Counted from the stretch's first letter, positions 18,661 through 28,681 are shown. The stretch is 64,000 nt of DNA from Dehalococcoidia bacterium (GCA_965219085.1 OZ244720.1:992001-1056000), one strand, 5' to 3'. The notes: generated by a model from the letters alone, not told the origin. Numbers and translations: made by a program.

Positions 18661-19362
18661 CTACTCCTCCGCCAGCACGACGCGCGCGTCGACGGCGATG
18701 GCGCCGTCGGGGTACGCGAACACGGGGTTGAGGTCGAGCTCGGCGACCTCCGGGTGCTCCTCGGCGAACGCCGAGACCTGGAGGATCATCGCCTCGAGTG
18801 CGTCGAGGTCGGCGCCGGGCTGGCCGCGCACACCATCGAGCACCGGGAAGCCGCGAATCTCGCGCACGACCTGGCGCGCGTCGCGTGACTCCAGCGGCAC
18901 GATGCGGAACGCCACGTCCTTCAGCACCTCGACCATGATGCCGCCGAGGCCGAAGGCCAGGACGGGGCCGAACTGCGGGTCGGTGGTGGTGCCGATGATG
19001 ACCTCGGTGCCCTGCGCCGCCATCTGCTGGACCGAGACGCCGTCGACGCTCGAGCCGGGGGCGTTCGCCGCGACGGCGCTCATCATGCGGTCGTAGGCGG
19101 CGCGGACTCCGTCACCGTCGCCGAGGTTCAGCTCGACGCCGCCGACGTCGGACTTGTGGGCGATGTCGCCTGAGACGACCTTCAGGACCGCCGGGTAGCC
19201 GATGTCATCGGCGGCGGCCACGGCGTCGTCAGCGCTCGTGGCGAGGCGAGCCTGCGTTACGTTGATCCCGGCATCGTGCAGCAGTTGCTTGGACTCGACC
19301 TCGGTCAGCAGCGTGCGCCCGGCGGCACGCGCGGCCGCGATCGGCCCGTTCCCGTCGCTCAT
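18661..19362 (-). CDS. ADP-forming acyl/acetate-CoA ligase, beta (ATP-grasp) subunit
   Basis: LTEVESKQLL, GYPAVLKVVS, HKSDVGGV, DPQFGP, ELDLNP, AVDAR. Confidence 0.93.
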   Translation of the reverse strand: MSDGNGPIAAARAAGRTLLTEVESKQLLHDAGINVTQARLATSADDAVAAADDIGYPAVLKVVSGDIAHKSDVGGVELNLGDGDGVRAAYDRMMSAVAANAPGSSVDGVSVQQMAAQGTEVIIGTTTDPQFGPVLAFGLGGIMVEVLKDVAFRIVPLESRDARQVVREIRGFPVLDGVRGQPGADLDALEAMILQVSAFAEEHPEVAELDLNPVFAYPDGAIAVDARVVLAEE

Positions 19363-19526
19363 CTTGAAGGGGTCTCCTCGCTCCTGCCCCGCAGGGTCGC
19401 GAGGCGCGCGGATCATACAGCACGTCGACGGAACGCGCGGCAGCGCGAATCGCTTCCAGCGAGGGGCGATCGCGGCGTCCCCCCGCGTGCGTTGCGCGGG
19501 GATGCACAGCGCCGGACGATGGGGCC

Positions 19527-20258
19527 ATGGGCCTGCGACGCCGCTTCGCCGCCTTCCGCGACCGCCTCGGGGCTCCGCCCGCCCGGCAGGACGAGGCGAC
19601 CTCCGGGGACGCCTCGGACGACACTGCCGAGTCGCGGCGGCCGCGGCTCATCGTCGGGCTCGGCAATCCCGGCCCCGACTACGAGGGCACGCGTCACAAC
19701 GTCGGCATGTGGACCATCCAGCGGCTCGCCGAGCGGCACGGCGCGACCCTCGCGCGCGACAAGCGCGTGTGGCGCGCCACCATCGAGGTGGGCGGCCGCC
19801 CGCTCCACCTCGCAGCACCGCGCAGCTGGTACAACGAGAGCGGCCCCGCCGTCGCCGCCGAGCTGCGGCGCCTGCGGCTCGCGCGCACCCGGCTGCTCGT
19901 CATCCACGACGACATCGACATGGCGCTCGCGCGCGTCCGCATGCGACCGCACGGTGGTCACGGCGGCAACAACGGCATGCGCTCGATCCTCGACGCGCTC
20001 GGCGGAGGCGACTTCCCGCGCATCCGCATCGGCATCGACCGCCCCTACGACCCCGATCCCGACGACCCGGACGGCGCGCTCAGCCGCGGCCGGCCCGTGC
20101 GCGACCCGGACCGCGTCGCCGGCTGGGTGCTGTCGCGCCCGGACCGCGAGGAGCGCGCGTCCCTCGACGCCGCGATCACCGACGTAGCCGACGCCGTGGA
20201 ACTCGCCGCCCGCGAGGGGATCGAGGCGGCGATGAACCGGCTCAACCGCCGCGAGTAG
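19527..20258 (+). CDS. pth: Peptidyl-tRNA hydrolase
   Basis: LIVGLGNPG, TRHNVG, YNESG, IHDDID, GGHGGNNGMRS, RIRIGI. Confidence 0.95.
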   Translation: MGLRRRFAAFRDRLGAPPARQDEATSGDASDDTAESRRPRLIVGLGNPGPDYEGTRHNVGMWTIQRLAERHGATLARDKRVWRATIEVGGRPLHLAAPRSWYNESGPAVAAELRRLRLARTRLLVIHDDIDMALARVRMRPHGGHGGNNGMRSILDALGGGDFPRIRIGIDRPYDPDPDDPDGALSRGRPVRDPDRVAGWVLSRPDREERASLDAAITDVADAVELAAREGIEAAMNRLNRRE

Positions 20259-20392
20259 CAGACGGGCCCTCGTCCCTCACGAGCGCCGCGCTACACTGGT
20301 TCGGCGAACGGTCGCGTCCGCAGGGGACTCCCGAGGGGAGCGCCCCTGCTTCGGCGTGCCCCCTGCTGCGACAACCGCGCGAGGAGCCCACC

Positions 20393-23300
20393 CTGCAGCT
20401 CGCCCCCCTGCTCGGCAGCCTTGACCGCGTCGAGCCACTCGCGGAGTCCGCGGCCCACCTCGGCGCGGGCGGGCGCGCCACGATCGGCGTGCTCGACGCC
20501 GCGAAGTCCACCGTCGCCGCGTGGCTGTGGCGCAGGCTGCGCACGCCCACCCTGCTCGTCGTGCCGCGCGAGAACGACGCCGACGCGGCCCTCGACGCCC
20601 TGCGGGCGTGGGCCGGCGAGGCGGCCGTCGTGTTCCCGGCCCGCACGGGTCTCCCTTACGCGCGCGAGGATCCGCCGACCGCGGTCACGCAGCGCCGCCT
20701 CGACGTGCTCGCGCGGCTCGCCCGCGCGGGCGGCGGCGGCGCCCCGCCGCTCGTGGTCGCCTCGGCCGCTGCCGTCACCGGCCCGACCGCCCGTCCCGCC
20801 GACCTCGGCGCCGGTCCGGCACGCGTCGCTGTCGGCGACCGCGTCACCATCGAGGACCTTGCCGCGCGCCTCGTCGACGCCGGGTACGAGCTCGGCCCGC
20901 TCGTCGAGCAGCCGGGGCAGGCCGCGCGGCGCGGCGGCCTCGTCGACGCCTTCCCGCCGACCGAGCCGGCGCCGGTGCGCATCGAACTCTTCGGCGACGA
21001 GGTGGAGTCGATTCGCCGCTTCGACCCCGAGACGCAACGCACCGTCGAACGCATCGACGCCGTGCGCATCGGCCCCGCCAGCGAGTGGTTCCCGAGCCGC
21101 GACGCGCTCGCCGACCTCGCGGGCCATCTCGCACCCGGGCGGCGCGCCGCCCTCGACGACCTCGCGGCGGAGGAGCTCGCGGCCCTCCGGCGCGGCGAGC
21201 TGCCCACGCCCGCCCGCTACGGACCGCTCGCCGCCGCGGCGACTCTGCTCGACCACCTCGGGCCGGGCGCGCTCGTGGTCGTCGACGAGCCGGACGCGGT
21301 CTACGCCGCCGCGGCGGAGCAGGACGCGCTCGCCGCCGAGCGGCGCGACCAGCTCGTCGCCGTGCATGACCTCGGGCCCGAGGCCCCACTCCCGCACCTC
21401 GAGGAGCAGGCGCTGACCCGCGAGCTCGATCAGCGCGCGCCGCGCGCCGACCTCGAACGCTGGGCGACGGGCCGCGAGCGCGACGGCTACCGCGTCCCGT
21501 TCGCCCCGCACGACGCCTACGCGGGACGCCTCCAGTCCGCCGCCCGCGAGCTCGTGCGGAGCGTCCCGCGCGGCGACCGCATCGTCGTGCTCACGCAGCA
21601 GGCGCAGCGCTTCGGCGAGCTGCTGGCCGAGGAAGGCCTCGACGCGTCGGTCCTTGACCGCCTCGACGCGCCGCCCGTAGCGGGCTCGCTGTCGCTGGTG
21701 CAGGGCTCGCTGCCGGGCGGGTGGCGGATCGAGACGCCTGAGGGGCGCGTCTCGCTCGCCACCGACGCCGAGCTGATGGGCTTCGTGCGCAAGCGCCGCG
21801 CGCTGCGGCAGTCGGCGTCGCACCGCGCGCAGTTCCTCGCGGAGGTGTCGCCGGGCGACTTCTGCGTCCACTCCGAGCACGGCATCGCGCGGTTCGCGGG
21901 CATCGTGCGCCGCAACGTGGGCGACGAGCAGCGCGACTACATCCAGCTCAACTACGCTGGCGACGACCGGCTCTACGTGCCGATCGAGCAGGTCGACCGG
22001 GTCTCGCGTTATGTAGCTTCCTCGGGGCACATCCCCCGGCTCACGCGGCTCGGCACGCAGGAATGGGCGCGCACGCGCGCGCGGGTGCGCGCGGCGGTGG
22101 GCGACGTCGCCGCCGACCTGCTGCGTCTCTACGCCGCGCGCCAGTTGCTGCGCGGCCACGCGTTCGGCGCCGACACCGAGTGGCAGGGCGAGATGGAGGC
22201 GGCGTTCCCGTACGAGGAGACCGCGGACCAGCTCAGCGCGATCACCGCGGTCAAGGCGGACATGGAGGCCGTACGGCCGATGGACCGCATCGTCCTCGGC
22301 GACGTGGGGTTCGGGAAGACCGAGGTTGCCGTGCGCGCCGCCTTCAAGGCCGTCCAGGAGGGCTACCAGGTCGCCGTGCTGGTCCCCACCACCGTGCTCG
22401 CGCAGCAGCACGAGCGCACGTTCCGGGAACGTCTCGCGCCGTTCCCGGTGCGCATCGAGGTGCTCTCGCGCTTCCGCACGGACGCCGAGGCGCGCGAGGT
22501 CGCAGCGGGCATGCGCTCGGGCGAGGTCGACATCGTGATCGGCACGCACCGGCTGCTGCAGGCGGGCATCGAGTTCTCGAACCTCGGGCTCGTCGTCATC
22601 GACGAGGAGCAACGCTTCGGCGTGGCGCACAAGGAGCGGCTCAAGCGCATGCGCCTGGAGGTCGACGTGCTCACGCTGTCGGCAACGCCGATCCCTCGCA
22701 CGCTGCACATGTCGCTGGCCGGCATCCGCGACATGTCGCCGATGGACACCGCGCCCGAGGACCGCCTGCCGGTGCAGACCTTCGTCGCCGAGTGGGACGA
22801 CGCGCTGGTGCGCGACGCAATCCTCAACGAGCTCGAGCGCGGCGGGCAGATCTACCTCGTGCACAACCGCGTGCACACCATCGACCGCGTCGCCGAGCAG
22901 GTGCGCGCGCTGGCGCCCGAGGCGCGCGTCATCGTCGGCCACGGGCAGATGCCGAAGGCCGTGCTGCGACGGGTCATGGAGCGCTTCTCGGCCGGCGAGG
23001 CCGACGTGCTGGTCTGCACGACGATCATCGAGTCGGGTATCGACATCCCGAACGTGAACACGCTGATCGTCGACCGCGCCGAGCTGCTCGGGATGGCGCA
23101 GCTCTACCAGCTTCGGGGGCGCGTCGGGCGTGGGGCGCAGCAGGCGCACGCCTACCTGCTGCACCGCCGCGACCGCGTGCTCAGCGAGGTCCAGCAGCAG
23201 CGCCTCGCGACCATCTTCGAGGCGACCGAGCTGGGCGCGGGCTTCCAGGTGGCGCTGCGCGACCTCGAGATCCGCGGCGCGGGCAACCTGCTCGGCGCGG

Positions 23301-23887
23301 AGCAGAGCGGGCAGATCGCCTCGGTGGGCTTCGACCTCTACACGCAGATGCTCGCCGAGGCCGTCGCCGCGCAGCGCGCGGCGCACGACGGCGAGCAGCC
23401 CGCGGCCCCGCCGCCGCCCGTCTCCGTCGACCTGCCCGTGACCGCGTACATCCCGGAGCCGTACATGGAGGACATCGAGGCGCGCGTGGCGCTGTACCAG
23501 CGCATCGCCGGCCTGCGCACGCTCGACGCCGTCGCGGACCTGCGCGGGGAGGTCGAGGACCGCTTCGGCGCGCCGCCGCACGCGCTCGACCAGTTGCTCG
23601 GGCTCGTGCGCATCCGCCTCGCGGCAGGCGGCGCGCGCGTCACGGCCGTGCGGGCCGAGGGCGACGTGATCGTCATCGGGGCGGCCGAGGACAGCCCGTT
23701 CAGCCGTCGCAGCCTGCCCGCGCTGCCCGCCGCGATCGAGGTCGGCCGCACGCAACTGCGCGTGACCCGCGACCGCCTCGGCGAGGACTGGCTGCACGCG
23801 ATCGAGCTGCTGCTGCGCCTGCTCGCCACCTCGCAACCGGCCGCAGTTGCGGCGCGCGAGCCCGCCACCGCCGCGAGGAGTGCATGA
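20393..23887 (+). CDS. mfd: Transcription-repair coupling factor
   Basis: RRGGLVDAFP, HSEHGIARF, GDVGFGKTEVA, DEEQRFGV, SATPIPRT, QLRGRVGR, TRCF C-terminus; start inferred at CTG 20393 behind GAGGAG. Confidence 0.95.
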   Translation: MQLAPLLGSLDRVEPLAESAAHLGAGGRATIGVLDAAKSTVAAWLWRRLRTPTLLVVPRENDADAALDALRAWAGEAAVVFPARTGLPYAREDPPTAVTQRRLDVLARLARAGGGGAPPLVVASAAAVTGPTARPADLGAGPARVAVGDRVTIEDLAARLVDAGYELGPLVEQPGQAARRGGLVDAFPPTEPAPVRIELFGDEVESIRRFDPETQRTVERIDAVRIGPASEWFPSRDALADLAGHLAPGRRAALDDLAAEELAALRRGELPTPARYGPLAAAATLLDHLGPGALVVVDEPDAVYAAAAEQDALAAERRDQLVAVHDLGPEAPLPHLEEQALTRELDQRAPRADLERWATGRERDGYRVPFAPHDAYAGRLQSAARELVRSVPRGDRIVVLTQQAQRFGELLAEEGLDASVLDRLDAPPVAGSLSLVQGSLPGGWRIETPEGRVSLATDAELMGFVRKRRALRQSASHRAQFLAEVSPGDFCVHSEHGIARFAGIVRRNVGDEQRDYIQLNYAGDDRLYVPIEQVDRVSRYVASSGHIPRLTRLGTQEWARTRARVRAAVGDVAADLLRLYAARQLLRGHAFGADTEWQGEMEAAFPYEETADQLSAITAVKADMEAVRPMDRIVLGDVGFGKTEVAVRAAFKAVQEGYQVAVLVPTTVLAQQHERTFRERLAPFPVRIEVLSRFRTDAEAREVAAGMRSGEVDIVIGTHRLLQAGIEFSNLGLVVIDEEQRFGVAHKERLKRMRLEVDVLTLSATPIPRTLHMSLAGIRDMSPMDTAPEDRLPVQTFVAEWDDALVRDAILNELERGGQIYLVHNRVHTIDRVAEQVRALAPEARVIVGHGQMPKAVLRRVMERFSAGEADVLVCTTIIESGIDIPNVNTLIVDRAELLGMAQLYQLRGRVGRGAQQAHAYLLHRRDRVLSEVQQQRLATIFEATELGAGFQVALRDLEIRGAGNLLGAEQSGQIASVGFDLYTQMLAEAVAAQRAAHDGEQPAAPPPPVSVDLPVTAYIPEPYMEDIEARVALYQRIAGLRTLDAVADLRGEVEDRFGAPPHALDQLLGLVRIRLAAGGARVTAVRAEGDVIVIGAAEDSPFSRRSLPALPAAIEVGRTQLRVTRDRLGEDWLHAIELLLRLLATSQPAAVAAREPATAARSA

Positions 23888-24345
23888 GCGCCGTCGAGCT
23901 GCGGTTGGTGGCCGCGAGCGAGCGGACGGACTTCCTCGACATGCTCGCCGACTACCTCGTCGAACTCGACGCGTACGAACTGCCGTGGGATCCGGCGCCA
24001 ACGGCCGAGGCATACGCGCTCGCGTTCGAGGACGACCCCGACGGGCAGCGCATCGAGTGGATCGTCGCGGACGGCGAGCACGCCGGGTTCCTGATCTCGC
24101 GCGTCGTGCCCGACTGGCCCGAGGAGGACCGCGACGTCGGCGAGGTCATGGAGTGCTACGTCGCGCCACCGTTCCGCCGTCGCGGCGTGGGCCGCACGGC
24201 CGTCGAGGCGTGGCTCACGCGCCAGCGGGCGGACGGGGTGACGGTACTGGAGGCGTCGGTGCTGTCGCGCAACGCGCCCGCGCTGGCGTTCTGGGAGCGC
24301 ATGGGCTTCGAGGTGCGCGCCGTCCAGACGGTACGTCGGCCGTGA
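23884..24345 (+). CDS. GNAT family N-acetyltransferase
   Basis: YVAPPFRRRGVGR, NAPALAFWERMGF; ATGA overlap with mfd. Confidence 0.9.
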   Translation: MSAVELRLVAASERTDFLDMLADYLVELDAYELPWDPAPTAEAYALAFEDDPDGQRIEWIVADGEHAGFLISRVVPDWPEEDRDVGEVMECYVAPPFRRRGVGRTAVEAWLTRQRADGVTVLEASVLSRNAPALAFWERMGFEVRAVQTVRRP

Positions 24346-24373
24346 GCTACCCTCGAACGACCGCGTTCGAGGC

Positions 24374-25288
24374 ATGTCGAGGGGGCTGCGCACGGTGATC
24401 TGGGACGTCCACTGCCACTTCCCGCGCGACTGGGAGCACCCCGAGAACAACGACCATACGCAGGCAGTCGACAGCCGCGCCGACGCGCTGCGCGCGGCCG
24501 GTGTCGTGCGCGCCTCGGTGCTGTCGGGCGGGCGTCCGGAGTTCGGCCCCTCGTACGAGGAGGCGCTGGAGTACCTGCGCCGCCACGAGGACCTGATGGT
24601 GCCGGTCGCCTTCCTCGCCGTGGACGAGACGGCGCGCGGCGAGGTGACGCGGCTGCACGGGCTCGGCTATCGCGGCCTCAAGATCATCGGCGCGCGCCTT
24701 CCCTACGACGACTACCGCTACTTCCACATGTACCAGGAGGCCGAGGACGCCCGCATGCCGATCCTGTTCCACTGTGGCGTCATCGGCGGCGGCATCGACT
24801 ACTCGATCACCCACCCCCGGCGCGACCCCGAAGCCGCCGCGAACCTCGTGCAATGGCGTGAGTTCCGCGGGCGCATGCCGCGCGACGTCTCGGCGATGCG
24901 CATGCGGCCGTTCCACCTCGACACGATCGCGAACAACTTCCCCGATCTGCCGATCATCGGCGCGCACATGGGCGGCACGGGCAACTACGACGAGGCCTCC
25001 TCGGTCGCCCGCTGGCGGCACAATGTCGTGTTCGACCTCTCCGGCGGCGACACCATCGAGCGCCACGCCTACGAGCGCGGCCTGATCGGCAAGGAGATCG
25101 GCGTCGAGAAGCTCGTGTGGGGCTCCGACTGCGGCGACGCCGAGATCGGCGAGCACGTCGACCGCCTGCGCGACATCATGGCGAAGCTCGAACTGACCGA
25201 GGAGGAAGCGGACCGCATCTGGTACCGCAACGCCGCCGAGATGTTCGGCGAAGCGGAACCCCAGCTCGCGTCGCTGCCGGTGAAGTGA
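24374..25288 (+). CDS. Amidohydrolase family (Amidohydro_2) protein
   Basis: DVHCH, RGLKI, ILFHCG, IGAHMGG, LVWGSD. Confidence 0.9.
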   Translation: MSRGLRTVIWDVHCHFPRDWEHPENNDHTQAVDSRADALRAAGVVRASVLSGGRPEFGPSYEEALEYLRRHEDLMVPVAFLAVDETARGEVTRLHGLGYRGLKIIGARLPYDDYRYFHMYQEAEDARMPILFHCGVIGGGIDYSITHPRRDPEAAANLVQWREFRGRMPRDVSAMRMRPFHLDTIANNFPDLPIIGAHMGGTGNYDEASSVARWRHNVVFDLSGGDTIERHAYERGLIGKEIGVEKLVWGSDCGDAEIGEHVDRLRDIMAKLELTEEEADRIWYRNAAEMFGEAEPQLASLPVK

Positions 25289-26193
25289 CCAGCCCGACCG
25301 AACCAACCGAACCCGACGCCTCCGACGAAACCACTGCCTCGCCGGCCGATCCCGGCGGCAGCCTCGCCACCCTCGGCGATACCCCCGCTGAGATGGTGAC
25401 TGAGGACCCCACTCCACGCACCCCGACACCCATCGTCGGCGTGCCGGAGGGCGTGCTCACGTTCGTCGTCACGCTCGCGTTCCTGATGTTCCTGCTGATC
25501 GAGCCGACGCCGACGTGGGCGGCGCTGTTCGGCGCCGCCGTCGCCGCGGTCGGGACGGACCGCGTGCTGCGACTCGCGCGCACCCGCTCGGTCGAGCTCG
25601 GCATCGACCCGACGCTGCAGGTCGCGCTGCCGGCCCTCTACGCGCTCGCAGCACCGGTGTTGCTCGAGGACATGGTGCGAGGTTGGTGGGCGCTGCCCGC
25701 GGGCCTCGCGGCAGGCAGCGGGTTCGGCGCGATCCTCTTGGCGCAGGTCCACTCCGTACGCCCCTACGAGCGCTGGCTGACGTTCGCCCGGCCCGTGACG
25801 AGTGCGGCGGTCTACGTCACGGCGTTCGCGCTGTTCTCGCTCACCTACGTCCTGGACCTCGCGCTCGCGCCGGCGCTGGCGGCCGTGGCGATCGCAGCCG
25901 GGTTGCTGGCGATCGAGTTGCTGCGAGACGGCCACGCCGACCCGCCCGACACGGTGGCGCTCGGCGGCGTCGTGGCGTTGGTCGTGACGCAGTTGCGCTG
26001 GGCGCTGCACTTCGTGCCGCTCGACGGCTACCTCGCCGCGCTGGCGCTGCTGCTCGCCTTCTTCCTCGCGAGCGGTCTGCTGCACGCGCATCTCACGCTA
26101 CAGCTTCGGCGCGCCATCCTGGCGCAGTACGTGGCGATCGCGGCCGTCGGGGGCGTGCTCATCATCGGCGCGCGCAGCGCCGGGCTCGGGTAG
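25285..26193 (+). CDS. Multi-pass membrane protein of unknown function
   Basis: About 8 hydrophobic segments after an acidic/Pro-rich N-terminus; GTGA overlap with the upstream stop. Confidence 0.75.
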   Translation: MTSPTEPTEPDASDETTASPADPGGSLATLGDTPAEMVTEDPTPRTPTPIVGVPEGVLTFVVTLAFLMFLLIEPTPTWAALFGAAVAAVGTDRVLRLARTRSVELGIDPTLQVALPALYALAAPVLLEDMVRGWWALPAGLAAGSGFGAILLAQVHSVRPYERWLTFARPVTSAAVYVTAFALFSLTYVLDLALAPALAAVAIAAGLLAIELLRDGHADPPDTVALGGVVALVVTQLRWALHFVPLDGYLAALALLLAFFLASGLLHAHLTLQLRRAILAQYVAIAAVGGVLIIGARSAGLG

Positions 26194-26262
26194 GCGTGGT
26201 CGGGGCCTGGAGCCCCGTCGCCCGCCCGTGAGGCGCCTGCTACCATCGTCGGGACGCCGTGT

Positions 26263-26339
26263 CGGGGAGTGGCGTAGTTTGGTAGCGCGCCTGACTGGGG
26301 GTCAGGAGGTCGCCGGTTCAAATCCGGCCTCCCCGACCA
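26263..26339 (+). tRNA. tRNA-Pro (GGG)
   Basis: Cloverleaf CGGGGAG/CTCCCCG, anticodon arm CCTGA-CTGGGGG-TCAGG, T-arm GCCGG-TTCAAAT-CCGGC, encoded CCA; upstream -10-like TACCAT. Confidence 0.97.
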
Positions 26340-26378
26340 ATCCGACGATGAGCGAACATGCACCGGATCGACGGCACG

Positions 26379-26543
26379 ATGGCTGAAACCCGCGACAACA
26401 ACGTGAGTCGGGACGACGTACTTCGCGCCCTCGACGCGAGCTTCGGCGCGTGGGCCGATCGCGACTTCGACGGCGCGCGCTACGTCGAGGCGCTGCGAAG
26501 TGGCGCCGCCCGGCGTCTCACTCGCCCGCAGCCCGACGTCTGA
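26379..26543 (+). CDS. Short antitoxin-like (VapB C-terminal-like) ORF, possibly a remnant
   Basis: LDASFGAWADRDFDGARYVEALRS resembles the FGxW..D...YV..LR tail of VapB-type antitoxins; no toxin follows. Confidence 0.45.
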   Translation: MAETRDNNVSRDDVLRALDASFGAWADRDFDGARYVEALRSGAARRLTRPQPDV

Positions 26544-26564
26544 CTTCCATCCACCGACACGCAA

Positions 26565-26590
26565 GAGGGGCGGCCGATTGGCCGCCCCTC
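26565..26590 (-). terminator. Conserved terminator hairpin, SBP copy 1
   Basis: GAGGGGCGGCC-N4-GGCCGCCCCTC then TTGCGT on the minus strand; repeated after all four SBP genes. Confidence 0.75.
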
Positions 26591-26616
26591 GGGTTCGTCA
26601 CGTCGTCGAAAGGCTG

Positions 26617-28482
26617 CTAGCTGCGGCCCTCCACGTCCGGGTCGATCCAGGCGGAGTGCACCTGGTCGCCCCAGGTGTAGTAGGAGCCGTTGTCGCCGGG
26701 GGCCGTGCCGGTGAAGCGCACACCGCGCACCCACGGCTGGTATACCTCGATGCTGAAGCCTTGCGGCAGCGTCGGGCGGTAGGCCTGCTCGAGGTCGCGG
26801 TCCCAGATCTTGCGCCACAGCTCGGCTCGGGCGGTAGGGTCGAGCTCGACCTGCTGGGCCTCGGCCCAGCCGTCGATTTCCGCGTCGTTGGTCCGCCAGC
26901 GGTTGCCCGGTGACTGCGAGTGGACCTGGCCGTGGAACCAGTTGTCGGCGTCGTAGCCGCTGGTGCTCCACGCCGAGGTCGAAAAGTCCGGGAGCTCCGA
27001 GGAGACCCACTGCGAGTTGAACCCGGTGTAGTCCACCTTGCCGCCGGTCATGGTGATCCCGACGCGCGCGAGCAGCTCGCGCGCGATCTCGGTCATCTGC
27101 TCCAGGGCGCTAGTGTAGGCGTAGTAGCTGTTGGTGATCTCGAGGCCCTCGGCGCCGGCAGCCGCGAGCAGCTTCCTCGCCTCGTCGGGATTGTACTGCA
27201 GGTACGGCCCCACCTCGGGGGCGCCGACGGACTTTTCCTCGTCGAACAGGAACGGCCACGGAATGATGTTCTGCGCCTTGCCCAGCCCTTCGAAGACGAC
27301 GTCGACCATCTCCTGGCGGTCGATCGCCATCGAGAGGGCGCGGCGGATGCGCACATCCTGGTACTTCTCGAGCGTGTGGTTCATGCCCATGCTGATCGAG
27401 TTGTAGGTAATCGCGATGAGGTTGACCTGGACGTCCGGGTTCGTCTCCAGCAGCTCGTTGAGGTCACGCACCGTCGAGACCACGCCGTAGGCGTAGTCGA
27501 TGTCGCCGACGCGGAACTGCGCGAGGCGGGCGGGGTGGTCCGGCATGAGCAGGAACTCGAAGCCGTCCAGGAGTATCTGCTTCTCCCAGTAATCGTAGTG
27601 CTGCTCGAACTTGACGTTCTGACCCGGCTCCAGGTCGGTCAGGATCATCGGGCCCGTGCCAACCGCGGTGGTCTTGATGCTCCCGTCGTCGACGAGCTCA
27701 CGCGGGAAGATGGTCTGCTTGTTGCTGGCGAGCGGGTTCAGGAAGTCCGCCGTCGCCTGCGCCATGTTGATCTTCATCGTCAGGTCGTTGGGCGCCTCGA
27801 AGCCGGCGACGTTGGCGTAGTAGGACTGATGGACGCCCTCGGTCGCATAGCGGTTGAGCGCGTACGCGGCATCCTCGGCCGTGAACGGGCGGGCGTTCAG
27901 GTGCGGGAGGTTCTGCCAGTGCACGGCGTCCTGGATCTGGAACGTGAAGGTCAGGCCGTCCGGGGAGCGCTCCCACCAGGCGGCCAGCTCGGGCTCGATC
28001 TCCGGCTGGAACACGCCGGCGTCCGGACCGCGCTTGAAGCCGAGCAGGCGGTTGTAGACCATGTTCGGCACCGTCACGGTGCCGCCCGCGGCCGAGTCGA
28101 TCGGGTCCAGCGACTGGACGTTCCAGGTCGCCGCCACCCGCATGATGCCGCCTTGCTGCGGGCTCTTGTTCGGCTCCGGGAAGTTGTACGGGTAGGGCAG
28201 CGCCGGGTCCTGGACGAGTTCGCCGAGCGTCTCGACTTCCTCAGCCTCGGGATCCGGTTCGTCTTCGTGGGTGGGGTACTCTTGACCGTAGCGCTGGCGG
28301 GGAAGCGGCGACACGGTTGGCGTAGTGGTGGTGTCGGCGGTCGTGCCGTCGTCGTCGGTGCAGCCGATCAGCGCCGCGGTAGCCAGACCGATGCCTCCGA
28401 GGACTCCGCCTCGCAGCAGGGTCCGCCTGCCTATCGAGTGCGTCCACCATCCCTGCATGCGCTGTTCATCGTTTGCGTCCAT
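26617..28482 (-). CDS. ABC family-5 (peptide/nickel-type) substrate-binding Tat lipoprotein, copy 1
   Basis: GRRTLLRGG Tat motif + ALIGC lipobox; PELAAWWERSPDGLTFTF, VGTGPM, DVRIRRALSMAIDR. Confidence 0.93.
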   Translation of the reverse strand: MDANDEQRMQGWWTHSIGRRTLLRGGVLGGIGLATAALIGCTDDDGTTADTTTTPTVSPLPRQRYGQEYPTHEDEPDPEAEEVETLGELVQDPALPYPYNFPEPNKSPQQGGIMRVAATWNVQSLDPIDSAAGGTVTVPNMVYNRLLGFKRGPDAGVFQPEIEPELAAWWERSPDGLTFTFQIQDAVHWQNLPHLNARPFTAEDAAYALNRYATEGVHQSYYANVAGFEAPNDLTMKINMAQATADFLNPLASNKQTIFPRELVDDGSIKTTAVGTGPMILTDLEPGQNVKFEQHYDYWEKQILLDGFEFLLMPDHPARLAQFRVGDIDYAYGVVSTVRDLNELLETNPDVQVNLIAITYNSISMGMNHTLEKYQDVRIRRALSMAIDRQEMVDVVFEGLGKAQNIIPWPFLFDEEKSVGAPEVGPYLQYNPDEARKLLAAAGAEGLEITNSYYAYTSALEQMTEIARELLARVGITMTGGKVDYTGFNSQWVSSELPDFSTSAWSTSGYDADNWFHGQVHSQSPGNRWRTNDAEIDGWAEAQQVELDPTARAELWRKIWDRDLEQAYRPTLPQGFSIEVYQPWVRGVRFTGTAPGDNGSYYTWGDQVHSAWIDPDVEGRS

Positions 28483-28681
28483 GGCGGAACCTCCCTTGTT
28501 GGTGCTCTCGCGCTAGCCTGAGATTCGGGCAACCTACCGGAACCCGCGAGCCATTTCCACACAACGCGCGTTGTAGCCGGCGCTGCGAGGCAGATGGGAG
28601 CGCTCGCGGTCGGGATCCCGGATACGCAAGAGGGGCGGCCAGGTGGCCGCCCCTCGGGTTCGTCACGTCGTCGAAAGGCTG
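28483..28681 (-). repeat. Intergenic unit (terminator + palindrome + promoter + SD) duplicated at 32709-32906
   Basis: Near-identical about 200-bp blocks containing ACAACGCGCGTTGT, CTCGCGGGTTCCGGTAGG(T/C)TGCCCGAATC and GGAGGTTCCGCCATG. Confidence 0.9.
28630..28655 (-). terminator. Conserved terminator hairpin, SBP copy 2
   Basis: Same stem as 26565-26590, different 4-nt loop. Confidence 0.75.

Noticed and set aside
20291-24013. Very long antisense ORFs (e.g. 20291-24013 minus, 31113-35036 plus)
   Set aside because: Shadow frames opposite real genes, expected in high-GC DNA; no protein motifs
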